IMG/VR virus record: IMGVR_UViG_3300045926_000283 | Span: 6,497 to 70,496 of that record | Length of the DNA stretch: 64,000 nt | Source: a virus | Reading direction: 5' to 3' (one strand) | Position numbers and translations under genes: made by a program | Notes under the pieces: generated by a model | The model's input: the letters and a program-made list of their open reading frames with translations, nothing else | Told to the model about the DNA's origin: nothing | Database searches by the model: none | Shown: one piece after another, positions 44,030-54,654 of the stretch | Layout: every line of letters starts with the position of its first letter | Numbering within the stretch: position 1 is the first letter of the stretch

Positions 44030-45397
44030 ATGCCACCCCCACCGAACCTCACCGCCGCCACCGCCCTGGTCGTCACCGCCAACGAGCCCCTGACCCTCGA
44101 CACCTCGGGCGCGACCGCCCCGGCCTTCGCGGTCTGGTTCAAGTACACCACCCGCCCCGGCGAGATCCTGATCAGCGTCTACGCCCACGCCTCCACCGCC
44201 ACCACCTACCGCCCGCAGTTCAGCATCTGGACCGGCGACGATCCCGGCGCCCTCGTCGAGTACGACACGATCACCTCCGAGTCCGACGACAACCGCCCGA
44301 TGCTCATCCCGGTCGATCTGGTCCCGGTGCCGAGCGACTTCTACTTCCGCGTCATCCAGGAGGCGAGCGGCGTCACCCCGACCGTCCCGCTCCAGTTCGC
44401 CGTCTACAGCAAGCTCGGCGTCGACGTCCCGGCCGGCGCGTGGCTGGTGACGAGCGACGGGCCCGGCTTCCCGCTCTGCTCCTTCGGCCAGGCCGGCGAG
44501 ATCTACGGCCACAAGACCTACACCAACGGCGAAGCGGGCGTGATGCTCACCTCGGGCGTCTCCGCCCACACCAACAAGAACACCTCCGGCCTCACCGTCT
44601 ACGATGCCGACTACTCCGTCCTGGTCGACTACCCGTCCTCGGCCATCCTCACCGGCAACACCACCACCATCGCCACCGACCGCACCTCGCGCTTCTACGT
44701 CGCCTTCCCCGGCTCGGTCGGCGTCGCCAACGCCAAGGTCCACACCCTCGACGGCGAGGGCGCCCTCGTCTCGACCCAGACCTTCACTGGCGCGATCGGC
44801 AAAGCCGCGGTCCGCACCGACAACACGATCCTCTACTTCACCCAGGACGGCGCGCGGGTGCGGCGCTGGGATCTCGTCAACAGCGTCTTCCTCTCCGACC
44901 TCTACACGCTCCCCGCCAGCCACATCTTCCGCGCCGACATCCTCTGCCTCGCCGACCACAGCATCCTCATCCCGGTCCGCCAGACCGTCTCGCCCTTCGC
45001 CGTCTTCGTCCTCCGCCTCGCCGCCGACGGCAGCGTCCTCAACACCATCACCCTCGACGGCGGCCTGATCCCGACCTGGTCGATCAACCGCACCGCCAAC
45101 GCCATCAACGGCACCGACTTCCTGATCTGGGACCGCTCGCAGGACGGCCGCGAGCGCTTCCGCCAGCTCGTCGCCGCGACCGGCGCAGAGGTGGCCTCCG
45201 TCATCCACGATCGCTTCGACGCCGACGGCACCGCGACCCGCACGCCCTACGACGACATGGACCCCTATGGCCCGCAGAACTCCTGTCCGATCTTCGTGGC
45301 GATGGTGCCGTTCTCGACCGACGGCCCGGCCCCGGCGCAGCTCGGGGTGTGCCCGGCCGCCCTGCCGATCGACCCCGACCGGGGGATCTTGCCTTGA
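44030..45397 (+). CDS. tail-associated beta-propeller-like protein
   Basis: 455 aa beta-rich, within the tail module. Confidence 0.6.
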   Translation: MPPPPNLTAATALVVTANEPLTLDTSGATAPAFAVWFKYTTRPGEILISVYAHASTATTYRPQFSIWTGDDPGALVEYDTITSESDDNRPMLIPVDLVPVPSDFYFRVIQEASGVTPTVPLQFAVYSKLGVDVPAGAWLVTSDGPGFPLCSFGQAGEIYGHKTYTNGEAGVMLTSGVSAHTNKNTSGLTVYDADYSVLVDYPSSAILTGNTTTIATDRTSRFYVAFPGSVGVANAKVHTLDGEGALVSTQTFTGAIGKAAVRTDNTILYFTQDGARVRRWDLVNSVFLSDLYTLPASHIFRADILCLADHSILIPVRQTVSPFAVFVLRLAADGSVLNTITLDGGLIPTWSINRTANAINGTDFLIWDRSQDGRERFRQLVAATGAEVASVIHDRFDADGTATRTPYDDMDPYGPQNSCPIFVAMVPFSTDGPAPAQLGVCPAALPIDPDRGILP

Positions 45398-45429
45398 CCG
45401 CCCGCTCCCCTGACACTGGAGCCTGACCG

Positions 45430-46176
45430 ATGCCCTACACCACGACGACCCTCGCCGACCTCCAGACGCTGATGCAGCAGCGCTGGGACCAGGTCGTCTT
45501 CTGGACGCCCGAGGAAGCCCGCCTCGCGCTGAACGAATCGCTGCGCGACTGGAACCTCCTCACTGGCCGCTGGCGCCGCCGCGTCACCCTCTCCACCCTC
45601 TCCGGTGCACACGACTATCTCCTCCCCTCGACGATCGTCTACGGGATGCGCGTGCGCGTCGGCACGGCGACCCTCATCCCGTCCTCGACGCTCGAACTCG
45701 ATCTCGGTCGTCCCTCCTGGCGCGGCGAGACGGTGGCGACGGGCGGCGACGTCCCCGCCCTCCCGACGCTCTGGGCGCCGATCTCGCTGCGCCAGGTTGC
45801 GATCTGGCCCGCCACCCTCGGCGGCACCGACGATCTCCTCGTCGACGGCGTGAGCATCACCCCCGTCCTCGTCCTCCCCGCCGACACGGTCGATCTCGAC
45901 GAGGAGACGATCGACATCCTGGTCGACCAAGCGCTGCACGTCGTCGCGTTCAAGGAAGCCGGCCCGCGCTGGCGCTCGACGCTCGTCTACTTCCAGACCT
46001 TTCTCGCCGCCGCGGCGGAGGAGAACGGCGTCCTCAAACAGTCGCAGGCCTACCGCCGCTGGGCGGGCCTCGATCGCCGCCGCGACCTCTACCCGACGAA
46101 GGATGCGCCGAACCAGATCGCCGAGATCATCGCCGCCGTCGCCGGTGGCGGCAGTGCGGGGGCCTCCGATGCTTGA
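45430..46176 (+). CDS. putative adaptor/tail tubular protein
   Basis: TLADLQ..FWTPEE....LNE...YLLPS. Confidence 0.55.
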   Translation: MPYTTTTLADLQTLMQQRWDQVVFWTPEEARLALNESLRDWNLLTGRWRRRVTLSTLSGAHDYLLPSTIVYGMRVRVGTATLIPSSTLELDLGRPSWRGETVATGGDVPALPTLWAPISLRQVAIWPATLGGTDDLLVDGVSITPVLVLPADTVDLDEETIDILVDQALHVVAFKEAGPRWRSTLVYFQTFLAAAAEENGVLKQSQAYRRWAGLDRRRDLYPTKDAPNQIAEIIAAVAGGGSAGASDA

Positions 46177-46801
46177 CACCGATCTCCTCAGCGAACTCCA
46201 GTACGCGCTGATCGAACCGCCCGACGGCGGCGACACCTGGCCGGGTGAAGTCTGGACGCGCGACGAGGTCCTCGACGGCCTGAACGGCTCGATCCGATCG
46301 CTCGCGCGCGACACGCATCTCCTCGTCACGCGCGTCGAGCTGCCCGTCGCCGCGCTCGCCCTCTCGGTCGCGCTCCCCTCCGATTGGATGGTGACGGCGC
46401 ACCTGGTCTGGCGCGACACGGCGACGGGCACCCGCACCCCGCTCGGCCGCGCCGACAGCGTCGAGAGCGATCTCGCCGTCCTCGGCTGGGAGACCACCCC
46501 CGACCTCCCGCTCGCGTGGGCCGACTTCGACGCCACCACGCTGACCATCCGCCTCGTCCCCACACCCGCGGCCGACGGCGTGCTCGACTGCCTGTACATC
46601 GCGCGCCCGCCCGACGCGCTCGGCACCGACAGCCCGCTCCCGGTCGCCGAAGAACTCGTCTCCGGCGTGAAGTACGCGACCCTCGGCTGGCTGCTTCGCA
46701 AGGTCGCGCGCCTGCACGACGCCGAGCGCGCCGCCTACTGCGAGCAGCGCTACGAACTGACCGTGACCGCGACCGAGATCCTCCTGGAAGGGTGGGCCTG
46801 A
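46169..46801 (+). CDS. putative adaptor/tail tubular protein (paralog)
   Basis: WTRDEVLDGLN...LPSDW...IRLVPTP. Confidence 0.55.
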   Translation: MLDTDLLSELQYALIEPPDGGDTWPGEVWTRDEVLDGLNGSIRSLARDTHLLVTRVELPVAALALSVALPSDWMVTAHLVWRDTATGTRTPLGRADSVESDLAVLGWETTPDLPLAWADFDATTLTIRLVPTPAADGVLDCLYIARPPDALGTDSPLPVAEELVSGVKYATLGWLLRKVARLHDAERAAYCEQRYELTVTATEILLEGWA

Positions 46802-49800
46802 TGCCGGAACAGCAATCGCAGCGGGGGAACCAGATCACCGTCGCCCCGTTCGAGGCGCCGTTCGAGAATCAGATCGTCCGCTACGGCCGCCTCGGGCTGA
46901 ACCTCAAGGACTCGCTCGACGCGATGGAGGGCTGGAGCCGCCTGACCAACGTCTGGCACCAGAACGAAGCGGAAGCGACCGCGCGCCCGGGCCAGACCAC
47001 CGTCGCCACGCTGCCCGCCGCCTCCACCGTTCACTCGATCCAGAAGCTCCGCACGCCGCACGCGCCGCCCGCCACGCGCTTCTGGGGCGCCGGGACTTCG
47101 CTCTTCCGCGCCGAGGTCGGCACGCCCGCCGAGGTCGCCACCGGCTTCAGCGGCGATCCACTCGCGCTCCTGCCGCATCGGCCGACGCTCTCCGGCGAGC
47201 CGTGGATGTTCGTCGGCGATCGAACGCAGATGCTCAAGGTCCGCCACGATTCGCTCGCCCTCCCGATCGGCCTCCCCGCCCCGTCCTCCGCCGCGACCTC
47301 CGCCCTCGGCGAGGAGTACCGCACCCAGATCGCGATGTGCGAGGAGGCAGACTCGACCGACGCCGCCAACTGGACCGGCCACCCCGGCCACGACGCCGAC
47401 GGCCACCTGATGGGCGTGCCGATCATCGAGGACGATCCGAATCCACCCGTCCCGGGCGACGGCGCGGTGCGCTTCCGCACCACCGCCGACGACGCCACCG
47501 ACACCTACGACAGCTGGTGGGGCCTGGAGAAGACGCTCAATCTGTCGCAGCTCACCTCCTGGCCCACACCCGGTACGACCATCCCGGCCTCTGACGACGA
47601 CATCATCCACTTCTGGACGATGATGTCGCTGCCGCATCTCATTCAGGAGATCCGCCTCTACTTCGTGGTCAGCGAAGTCTTCGATCCGCGCTGCCTCCCC
47701 GGCACGATGATCGATCTGGGCGGCGACCCCGACGACGGCACCGCCGCTAACCAGGACGCCTACGTCAAGGCGTTTCGCCGCGACGACTTCACGCAGTTCA
47801 TTCAAGGCCGGCAGTCGCAAATCGACGCCGCCGAGATCGCGCGCATCCACATGCTGCGCGACGACGACCTCGCCGACCGGGTGATCACCGACGTGCGCTC
47901 GACCTGGGAGGTCATGCGGGCGGTGAAAGATCCCGCGCGCAAAGCCTCCCTCCTCGCCGCCTCCGGCTCCTACCAGTGGATCGAGTTCGGCAACACCGGC
48001 GTGCCGCTCCGGCGCGGCGACTTCCAGCGCATCGGCGTCACCAAGGACCGCGACTGGTCAACGGTCACCGGCGTGATCTTCTACGTCCGCACCGACATCG
48101 ACGACGTCAACCTCACGGTGGTCGCCGGCCTCGACGATCTCTACCTCACCGGCGGCCGCGGCCCCGACACGATCGAGCCGGGCGCGCAGATGTACGACTA
48201 CCGCTACACGCACTACGATCCGCGCACCGGGGCCGAGTCGAATCCCTCGCCGATCCAGGAGGACGCGCGCACCGACACCGCGGTCCAGCAGGACGCTCCG
48301 ATCGACACCCTGCGCCGCGCGATCGTCGTCGACCCCGAGGCCTACGGCGACAGTGCCGTCCGCCAGCGCGTCTATCGGCGCGGCGGCTCGCTCTACGACG
48401 ACTGGTTCTACGTCGGCATGAACGACGCGGACGGGGCGACCGTCGAGGATCTCCTCGCCGACGACGCGATCGCCGCCGCCGGGACCGCGCCGACCGATCA
48501 CTTCCAACCGGTGCCGACCCTCGACGCCAACGGCAACACGGTCCTCGCCCAGCCGCTCAGAGCCCTCTGGGGCCCGGTCGAGGGGATGCTGCTCGCCTGC
48601 GGCGACCCGTACCGCCCGGGGCACGCCTACTGGTGCCTACCCGACGCGCCCGATCACTGGTCGGCGTTCGGCAACGTCGAGGTGTGCGCGCCCTCCGAAG
48701 AGCTGATGAACGGCGGGCTGCTCGGTCATCAAGCGTTCGTCTTCTCGCGCCAGCGGCTCTACTTCCTCTACCCGAACCTCTCGGGCGACGCGCGCTTCAC
48801 CGCCACGCCGTCCCAGTGCAAACGAGGCCTCTTCGGCTACTGGAGCTTTGCTGTGGGACCAGGTGGCGTGTACTTCATGGCCGAGGACGGCATCTTCGTC
48901 ACCCAGGGTGGGGATGAAGTCTGGCTCTCCCGCGAGATCAACCCGATCTTCTACGGCACGGCGGTCAACGGCTACCAACCGATCGACAAGACGAAACCGA
49001 CCGCCTGCCGCCTCACCGTCTGGGAGAACGATCTCTATGTCCTCTATGAAGATCTCGCGGGCGCGCGGCAGGTGATGGTCTACTCGATCCTCGAAAAGTT
49101 CTGGCGGCATTACAGCTTCGGCCGATCTCCCGCCTGCGTTCAGGGCGAGGACGAGGAGATTCTCCTCCTCGGCGGCGAAGGCACCGGCAAGGCCTACCGC
49201 CACGACGGCAAGAGCGACGACGGCCTCGCCATCGCCTGCGTCGCCAGGACCGGCGCGATCTCCGGCGGGCGGCGCGAGGAGAAGCTCTTCGGCGACAGCT
49301 TCCTCGACGTCCGCACCGGGTCGGTCGAACTCACCCTGCAGTACTTCCTCAACGAAGAGACGCACGCCAACCAGACGCACACCATTGCCAACAGCACCGG
49401 CCGCCAGCGTTACATCGTCGACGCCTTCGGTCTCGCGCCGCAGAAAGCGCACTCGATCTCGACCGACCTGCGCTGGTCCTCATCCTCCGACGCGCCGATC
49501 CTCTACCAGTTCGGGATCGCCATCACGCTCCAGCCCGATCTCACCACCGCGCGGGTGACCAACTGGGACGACCTCGGCTCGCCCGACGAAGTCTGGCTGA
49601 CCGGCATCACCCTCGACTGCGACACCGGCAACGCGGTGAAGACGATCAACATCGAGCGCGACTTTGGCGGCGAACGCATCCTGGTCGCCACCTTCACCGT
49701 CACCAGCGCCAACCGCCACAAGTTCAAGTTCTCCTGGCCGGCGGTGCCCGCGAACATGGTGCGCATCCGTCCCGACCCGGAGTGCGTCCCGTGGCTGCTC

Positions 49801-50832
49801 TACCGCGCCGACTGGATCTACCAACCCGAGCCGCCGCGCATCGCCGGCTGGGACATCCACTTCGAGAACAAGTGGGATCAGTACTACACCGGCCTCGATC
49901 TCTACTGCGACACGCTCGGGCAGGAGAAGCGCATCGAGGTGTATGTCGACGAGGTGCGCCTCTCCGATCCCGCCACCAGCCTGCCGTACTGGCCGGTGGT
50001 CGCCGCCGGTCGCCAGGTCGTCCACCTGACCCTCCCCTGGGGCCGCGGCCACGTCTTCCGCTTCGTCGCGATCGACGACCACCCCGGCCTGCTCTACTCG
50101 CACCGCTGGCATCTCGAACCCGAGCCGAGCGAGCAGCACAACTGGAATCAGAACTTCTCGATCCTCGGCACCCGCGCCGACAAGTGGCTGAAGGCGGTGA
50201 TCTTCGAGTGCGACACCTACGGCCAGGACAAGCAGGTGCAGATCGAAGTCGACGGCACGATCGCCGAGACGCTCACGGTGAACACCCTCGGCCGCAAGGT
50301 GGTGCAGCTCGCGCTCAGCGATCAGCACCTCGGGCGGGTGTGGCGGATGTTCCCGGTCGATCACTTCCCGGGCCGGCTCTACTCCGCGCAGCCGATCTTC
50401 GACGAGGAGCCGTTCCAGCTGAATCGCTGGGAGACCCAAGAAAGCAACCACCAGATCCCGGGGTGGTTCTACCCGCTCTACGCGCACATCACGCTGAAGT
50501 CGACCGCCGATGTGACGTTGACGACGACGATTCAGCACAACCAGAGCGGCGGGCTCACCACCGACAGCTACACGATCGCCTCGACCGGCGGCGTGAAGCA
50601 GCGAAGATTCCTGCGCGGCTTCCACGCGACCAAAGGCGTGCTGATCAAGTACGTCCTCACCTCCGCCGTCCCCTTCTGGCTGTACCGCGAGGAGACGGTG
50701 GTGGTGATCCAGCCGTGGGGCGCCGCCGATCCGATCACGGTTCACGCCTTCGGCAACGATGACCTCGATCCGACGCGGACGATGACCCACGCGGTTCTCG
50801 CTGCGACGACCTCCGGCGGAGGGACCACGTGA
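46801..50832 (+). CDS. large tail nozzle/packaged-DNA stabilisation-like protein
   Basis: 1343 aa; GLNL, P..W, beta-propeller-like stretch; between adaptors and ejection genes. Confidence 0.55.
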   Translation: MPEQQSQRGNQITVAPFEAPFENQIVRYGRLGLNLKDSLDAMEGWSRLTNVWHQNEAEATARPGQTTVATLPAASTVHSIQKLRTPHAPPATRFWGAGTSLFRAEVGTPAEVATGFSGDPLALLPHRPTLSGEPWMFVGDRTQMLKVRHDSLALPIGLPAPSSAATSALGEEYRTQIAMCEEADSTDAANWTGHPGHDADGHLMGVPIIEDDPNPPVPGDGAVRFRTTADDATDTYDSWWGLEKTLNLSQLTSWPTPGTTIPASDDDIIHFWTMMSLPHLIQEIRLYFVVSEVFDPRCLPGTMIDLGGDPDDGTAANQDAYVKAFRRDDFTQFIQGRQSQIDAAEIARIHMLRDDDLADRVITDVRSTWEVMRAVKDPARKASLLAASGSYQWIEFGNTGVPLRRGDFQRIGVTKDRDWSTVTGVIFYVRTDIDDVNLTVVAGLDDLYLTGGRGPDTIEPGAQMYDYRYTHYDPRTGAESNPSPIQEDARTDTAVQQDAPIDTLRRAIVVDPEAYGDSAVRQRVYRRGGSLYDDWFYVGMNDADGATVEDLLADDAIAAAGTAPTDHFQPVPTLDANGNTVLAQPLRALWGPVEGMLLACGDPYRPGHAYWCLPDAPDHWSAFGNVEVCAPSEELMNGGLLGHQAFVFSRQRLYFLYPNLSGDARFTATPSQCKRGLFGYWSFAVGPGGVYFMAEDGIFVTQGGDEVWLSREINPIFYGTAVNGYQPIDKTKPTACRLTVWENDLYVLYEDLAGARQVMVYSILEKFWRHYSFGRSPACVQGEDEEILLLGGEGTGKAYRHDGKSDDGLAIACVARTGAISGGRREEKLFGDSFLDVRTGSVELTLQYFLNEETHANQTHTIANSTGRQRYIVDAFGLAPQKAHSISTDLRWSSSSDAPILYQFGIAITLQPDLTTARVTNWDDLGSPDEVWLTGITLDCDTGNAVKTINIERDFGGERILVATFTVTSANRHKFKFSWPAVPANMVRIRPDPECVPWLLYRADWIYQPEPPRIAGWDIHFENKWDQYYTGLDLYCDTLGQEKRIEVYVDEVRLSDPATSLPYWPVVAAGRQVVHLTLPWGRGHVFRFVAIDDHPGLLYSHRWHLEPEPSEQHNWNQNFSILGTRADKWLKAVIFECDTYGQDKQVQIEVDGTIAETLTVNTLGRKVVQLALSDQHLGRVWRMFPVDHFPGRLYSAQPIFDEEPFQLNRWETQESNHQIPGWFYPLYAHITLKSTADVTLTTTIQHNQSGGLTTDSYTIASTGGVKQRRFLRGFHATKGVLIKYVLTSAVPFWLYREETVVVIQPWGAADPITVHAFGNDDLDPTRTMTHAVLAATTSGGGTT

Positions 50833-51584
50833 GCCCGATCACCAAGCGCCCACGCCTCACCGTGCCGCATCCGCGCCGCGCCCGCGCCGCCGCCGACGAT
50901 CCGCCGATCGCCGCGGTCGAGATCGCCCCGCTCCAGCGCGTCTATCCGCACGTCGACGGCATCAAGGAGTGGCAGACCAACCAGTCCGTCCGTCTCCTCT
51001 GGGACCGCGTGTTCGCCCTCACCGAGCAGCTGACCGCCGCCGACGCCACCATCCGCCGTCTGGTCGACGAAGCCAACGACAACCGCGAGCGGGTCACGGC
51101 GGTCAACCGCGCGGCGAAGGAAGCGCTGGCGACCGCGCAGCTGACCGAGGCCGAGCGCGCCGCCGTCACCCCGCCCGATGCCGGCGAGGCGACCATCCCC
51201 GACTACTACGACACCGTGGTCGCGGTCCTCGCCACCTTCGACCCGGTCATCCCGATCGCCGACCGCGAGGCCGGCAAGGCGCAGCTGACCCGCGCCGTCG
51301 CCTGGGAGATCTACAACACGGTCGGCGACACCAACATCGGTCTGCTCGCCAAGGACTACGGCACCGAGGTCAACGGCCGCTCGACCGACATCATCGTGCA
51401 GATGACCGACGGCAGCTACGCCGACTGCTGCAGTGATCCCGAGACGCCCGGCGATCCGACCACCGTGACGATCACCGCGAGCTGGAACCGCCACGCGGGC
51501 GACAGCAACACCACCGACGAATCGCGGTGGATCGTCCCGACCGCGGCGATCGCCGCCGAGTCGGGGCCGATGGGGCCGGCATGA
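50829..51584 (+). CDS. virion protein: coiled coil plus conserved C-terminal domain
   Basis: VAW..IGLLAK.YG..NGRSTDII..G...DC..W. Confidence 0.65.
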   Translation: MSPITKRPRLTVPHPRRARAAADDPPIAAVEIAPLQRVYPHVDGIKEWQTNQSVRLLWDRVFALTEQLTAADATIRRLVDEANDNRERVTAVNRAAKEALATAQLTEAERAAVTPPDAGEATIPDYYDTVVAVLATFDPVIPIADREAGKAQLTRAVAWEIYNTVGDTNIGLLAKDYGTEVNGRSTDIIVQMTDGSYADCCSDPETPGDPTTVTITASWNRHAGDSNTTDESRWIVPTAAIAAESGPMGPA

Positions 51585-52012
51585 ACGAGCCGACGATCCA
51601 GGCCCCCGCCCCCGCCCCCGCCGCCGCGCTCACCATCCGTCTGCTCCCGCCCGAGGAGTGGGAGCGGATGCGCGCCTTCCCGCCCTTCGACGTGGGGGGC
51701 TTGCCCACAGCCGACCAGTGGCGGATCATCGTCGCCGAGGAGGGCGACCGGATCGTGGCGTTCACCTGCCTCTTCGCCGCCGTGCATTGGGAGCCGTGGT
51801 ACATCGACCCCGCCCGCCGCGGCCTCGCCGGGATCGTCCGCGGCCTGCTGCGCGAGGGACTGGCCCAGCTCCGCGCGCTCGACGTCGGGGCCGCCTTCGC
51901 CGTCGTCCGCGACACCGACGCCCCGACCCAGACGCTGGTCGAGCGGCTCGGATTCACCCCCGCGCCGGGTCAGCTCTACACCGTGATCGTCGACGACTTC
52001 AAGGAGTACTGA
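51581..52012 (+). CDS. GNAT-like protein
   Basis: WYIDPARRG...LVERLGF; lies before the ejection genes as in podoviruses. Confidence 0.7.
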   Translation: MNEPTIQAPAPAPAAALTIRLLPPEEWERMRAFPPFDVGGLPTADQWRIIVAEEGDRIVAFTCLFAAVHWEPWYIDPARRGLAGIVRGLLREGLAQLRALDVGAAFAVVRDTDAPTQTLVERLGFTPAPGQLYTVIVDDFKEY

Positions 52013-52017
52013 GGCTT

Positions 52018-52689
52018 ATGGGCTTCATCGCACCGGCGCTGCCGTGGATCGCCAAGGGCGCGGGGATGCTGGGCGGCGTGCTCGCCGGCCGCCACGCGCA
52101 GAAGAAGGCGATGGAGCGGACGCCCGAAGAGCAGGTCGCGCTCGGGCAGGCGCAGCAGGTCGGCGGCACGCTTCGCCAGACCGGCAGCGGGCTGCTCTCG
52201 ACCGGGCAAACGACCCAGGCGCCCGCGACCGACTACTGGGACACGCTGCTGCGCGGCAACCGGGCGCGGCAGTCGCAGGCGGTGGCGCCGGGGGTCGCCG
52301 CCGCGCAGGACGTCGCCCGCGGCGAGGAGCGCAGCCTCGAACGCTCGGGCGTGCGCGGCGCGGCCAGGGATGTCGCGGCCGCAGACATCGGCCGGCGGCG
52401 AGCCTCGACCATCGCGGGGTTGGTGACCGGCGTGCAGCCGATCGCCGCGCAGCAGCTCACCGACATCGGCCAGACGCAGATCAACCAGGGTGGGGTGCTC
52501 ACCTCCAACGCCGGATCCCTCTTCGCGAATCTCCTCGGGCAGGGCGCCAGACGCAATGAGTACGCGCGCGAGGAAGGGCGGCGGGCGGGTGAGTCGGTGG
52601 GCGGCTTCATCCGCGACATCGTCGGCAGCCTGCCGTTTGGCAAGCAGAAGGCCGGACCCACACTCGACGACTGGCACGGGGGGAGGTGA
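52018..52689 (+). CDS. DNA ejection (pilot) protein
   Basis: Gly/Ala/Gln-rich, hydrophobic N-terminus. Confidence 0.6.
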   Translation: MGFIAPALPWIAKGAGMLGGVLAGRHAQKKAMERTPEEQVALGQAQQVGGTLRQTGSGLLSTGQTTQAPATDYWDTLLRGNRARQSQAVAPGVAAAQDVARGEERSLERSGVRGAARDVAAADIGRRRASTIAGLVTGVQPIAAQQLTDIGQTQINQGGVLTSNAGSLFANLLGQGARRNEYAREEGRRAGESVGGFIRDIVGSLPFGKQKAGPTLDDWHGGR

Positions 52690-52692
52690 GGC

Positions 52693-54651
52693 GTGGGCTG
52701 GTTCGACGGCCTGATGAGCGGCTTCCAGGGCCGCCACTACGCGCTCGAAGCGCAGCAGCTGCGTGAGGCGGAACTCCGCAACGAGCGCGAGGCGAAGATC
52801 TTCTCGCAGCTGCTCTCCTCGCCCGACGACGAGGTCAAGGCGCTCGCCGCCACCGGCCTCCTCACCTCGGCGCAGTCGCCGAAGCGCAAGGGTGGCTTCC
52901 GCGGCTGGCTCGGCGAGGTCGAGACCAACCCGTACCTCGATCAGATCAAGGCGCTGATCGGCACGAGCAAGGAGACCGTCGTCCCGGGCATCACCAGCAC
53001 GCAGTACCAGGGGTACCACCTCCCGGGCGCGCCCAACGCCGCCTCCGCCGCCGCGCTCCCGTCCTCCTCGCCGACCGAAGCCGGGTCGGCCGCGATGGCG
53101 ACGCCGCAGCCGACGCCGCAGCCAACTAACCCCGCCGAGCCGTGGGTCAGTCCGATCCTCGGCCAACAGCCGCCGCGCCCGTCGGTCACCGACGCTCCGG
53201 CCGACTACGTCGGGAGCTGGCGCCGCAGTCTGCAGCTCGCCCCACAACCGAGCTTTGAGGACGCGATCACCGCGCGCCCTCTTTCCTTCGAGGCGGTGCC
53301 TGAACCGTCGCCCGCCGCAGAGGCACCCGTCTCCGCTGTCGACGCGCGCGTCGGTGCGCCGCCCGAGCTGCCGGTCGGCCTGAGCGGGACCGAGGAGGCG
53401 CCAGTCGTCACGATGGCGCATCCCGACGTCGAGGTCACTGCGCCCGTGCCGGAGCCGATCGGAACGACGGGCGCCGCCCTCACGCCGCCCGAGGTCGCCG
53501 CCGCGCCCCCGATCCCCTCCGCCGCCCACACCACCCGCACCTCGACCAGCCCCGAGCGTATCGAGCGCACGCCGCGGCAGATCTTCCAGACGCCCGAGGG
53601 GCAGATGCGCCTCAACACGCTCGCGCGCGAGGAAGCGGAATACGCCGCTGAGTACAACTACTACAAGCGCATCGGCTTCTCCGACCCGGAGATCAAGGCG
53701 ATGCTGCAGGAGAAGGCGCGGCGGGCGGCCGGGCGCGGCGCGGCGATTCGCTATCAGCGTGTGAAGGGCTCGCTCGCCGACGGGACGCCGGCCTTCGGCA
53801 CCTACGATCCGAGCACGGGGCAGTTCCTCGATCCGAACAACAACAACCAGCCCTTCGCGCCGGGGACGTTCCAGCCCTCTGACGACGACTCGTTCGGGGT
53901 GCTGTTCAACCGCGCGAAGAGCGAGTTCCCGTGGGGGAACAACCCACGCCTCACGCCGGAGCAGACGCGGCTGGTGAACGATCGGGTCGCCGAGATGCTG
54001 GAGAGCGAAGCCTACGGCCGCGGGACTGGCACGAGCCGAGCGGCGGTCGAGCGCGGGCTCGACAAGAATCAGCAGGCGACGCTCGTCAACCAGTACACCA
54101 CCGAGTGGCTCAAGCTGACCGACGAAGCCCGCGGCATCGACGGCGCCGTTGCCAAGATGGAAGCGGGCATGGATGCGATCGACCGTGGCGACCTCGGGCC
54201 TGGGGCCGAGGACATCATCGTGACCTTCCAGAAGGTACTCGACAAGAACTCGGTCGTGCGCGAGGCCGAGGCCGAGCGGTCGGGACGCTTCACGGGGTTG
54301 CTCACACGCGTCCAGGGAGCCGTCGACAATCTCCGCAAGGGTGGGGCGCCCAACATCCCGGCCGGGAACCTACAGCAGTACATCGACCTGGCGAAGGACA
54401 TCCAGAAGGCGCACCACGACCTGGCGATCGAGCATCGGACGCGTCTCGGCTGGAACGCGCGCTACTTCCAGATCCCCGAGGGACTCATCTTCGGCAGCAG
54501 CGTCCTTGGCCTGCCGGGCGGCGCGGCCCCGCTCACCGAGCCGGCACCGGCCGGTGGCCGGGGCAGTGCGGGCGGCGGCGGCAGAACGAACGCTCCTGTG
54601 ACGCTCGACACCCCGATGGACATCGATCCCGCGACCGGGCAGTTCCGGTAA
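52693..54651 (+). CDS. DNA ejection protein
   Basis: Pro-rich; IIVTFQKVLD.NSVVRE.E motif. Confidence 0.6.
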   Translation: MGWFDGLMSGFQGRHYALEAQQLREAELRNEREAKIFSQLLSSPDDEVKALAATGLLTSAQSPKRKGGFRGWLGEVETNPYLDQIKALIGTSKETVVPGITSTQYQGYHLPGAPNAASAAALPSSSPTEAGSAAMATPQPTPQPTNPAEPWVSPILGQQPPRPSVTDAPADYVGSWRRSLQLAPQPSFEDAITARPLSFEAVPEPSPAAEAPVSAVDARVGAPPELPVGLSGTEEAPVVTMAHPDVEVTAPVPEPIGTTGAALTPPEVAAAPPIPSAAHTTRTSTSPERIERTPRQIFQTPEGQMRLNTLAREEAEYAAEYNYYKRIGFSDPEIKAMLQEKARRAAGRGAAIRYQRVKGSLADGTPAFGTYDPSTGQFLDPNNNNQPFAPGTFQPSDDDSFGVLFNRAKSEFPWGNNPRLTPEQTRLVNDRVAEMLESEAYGRGTGTSRAAVERGLDKNQQATLVNQYTTEWLKLTDEARGIDGAVAKMEAGMDAIDRGDLGPGAEDIIVTFQKVLDKNSVVREAEAERSGRFTGLLTRVQGAVDNLRKGGAPNIPAGNLQQYIDLAKDIQKAHHDLAIEHRTRLGWNARYFQIPEGLIFGSSVLGLPGGAAPLTEPAPAGGRGSAGGGGRTNAPVTLDTPMDIDPATGQFR

Positions 54652-54654
54652 GCG

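Noticed and set aside
36935-45397. Diversity-generating retroelement or invertible tail-fibre shufflon
   Set aside because: No reverse transcriptase, no adenine-specific TR/VR pair, and no invertase or inverted cassettes seen
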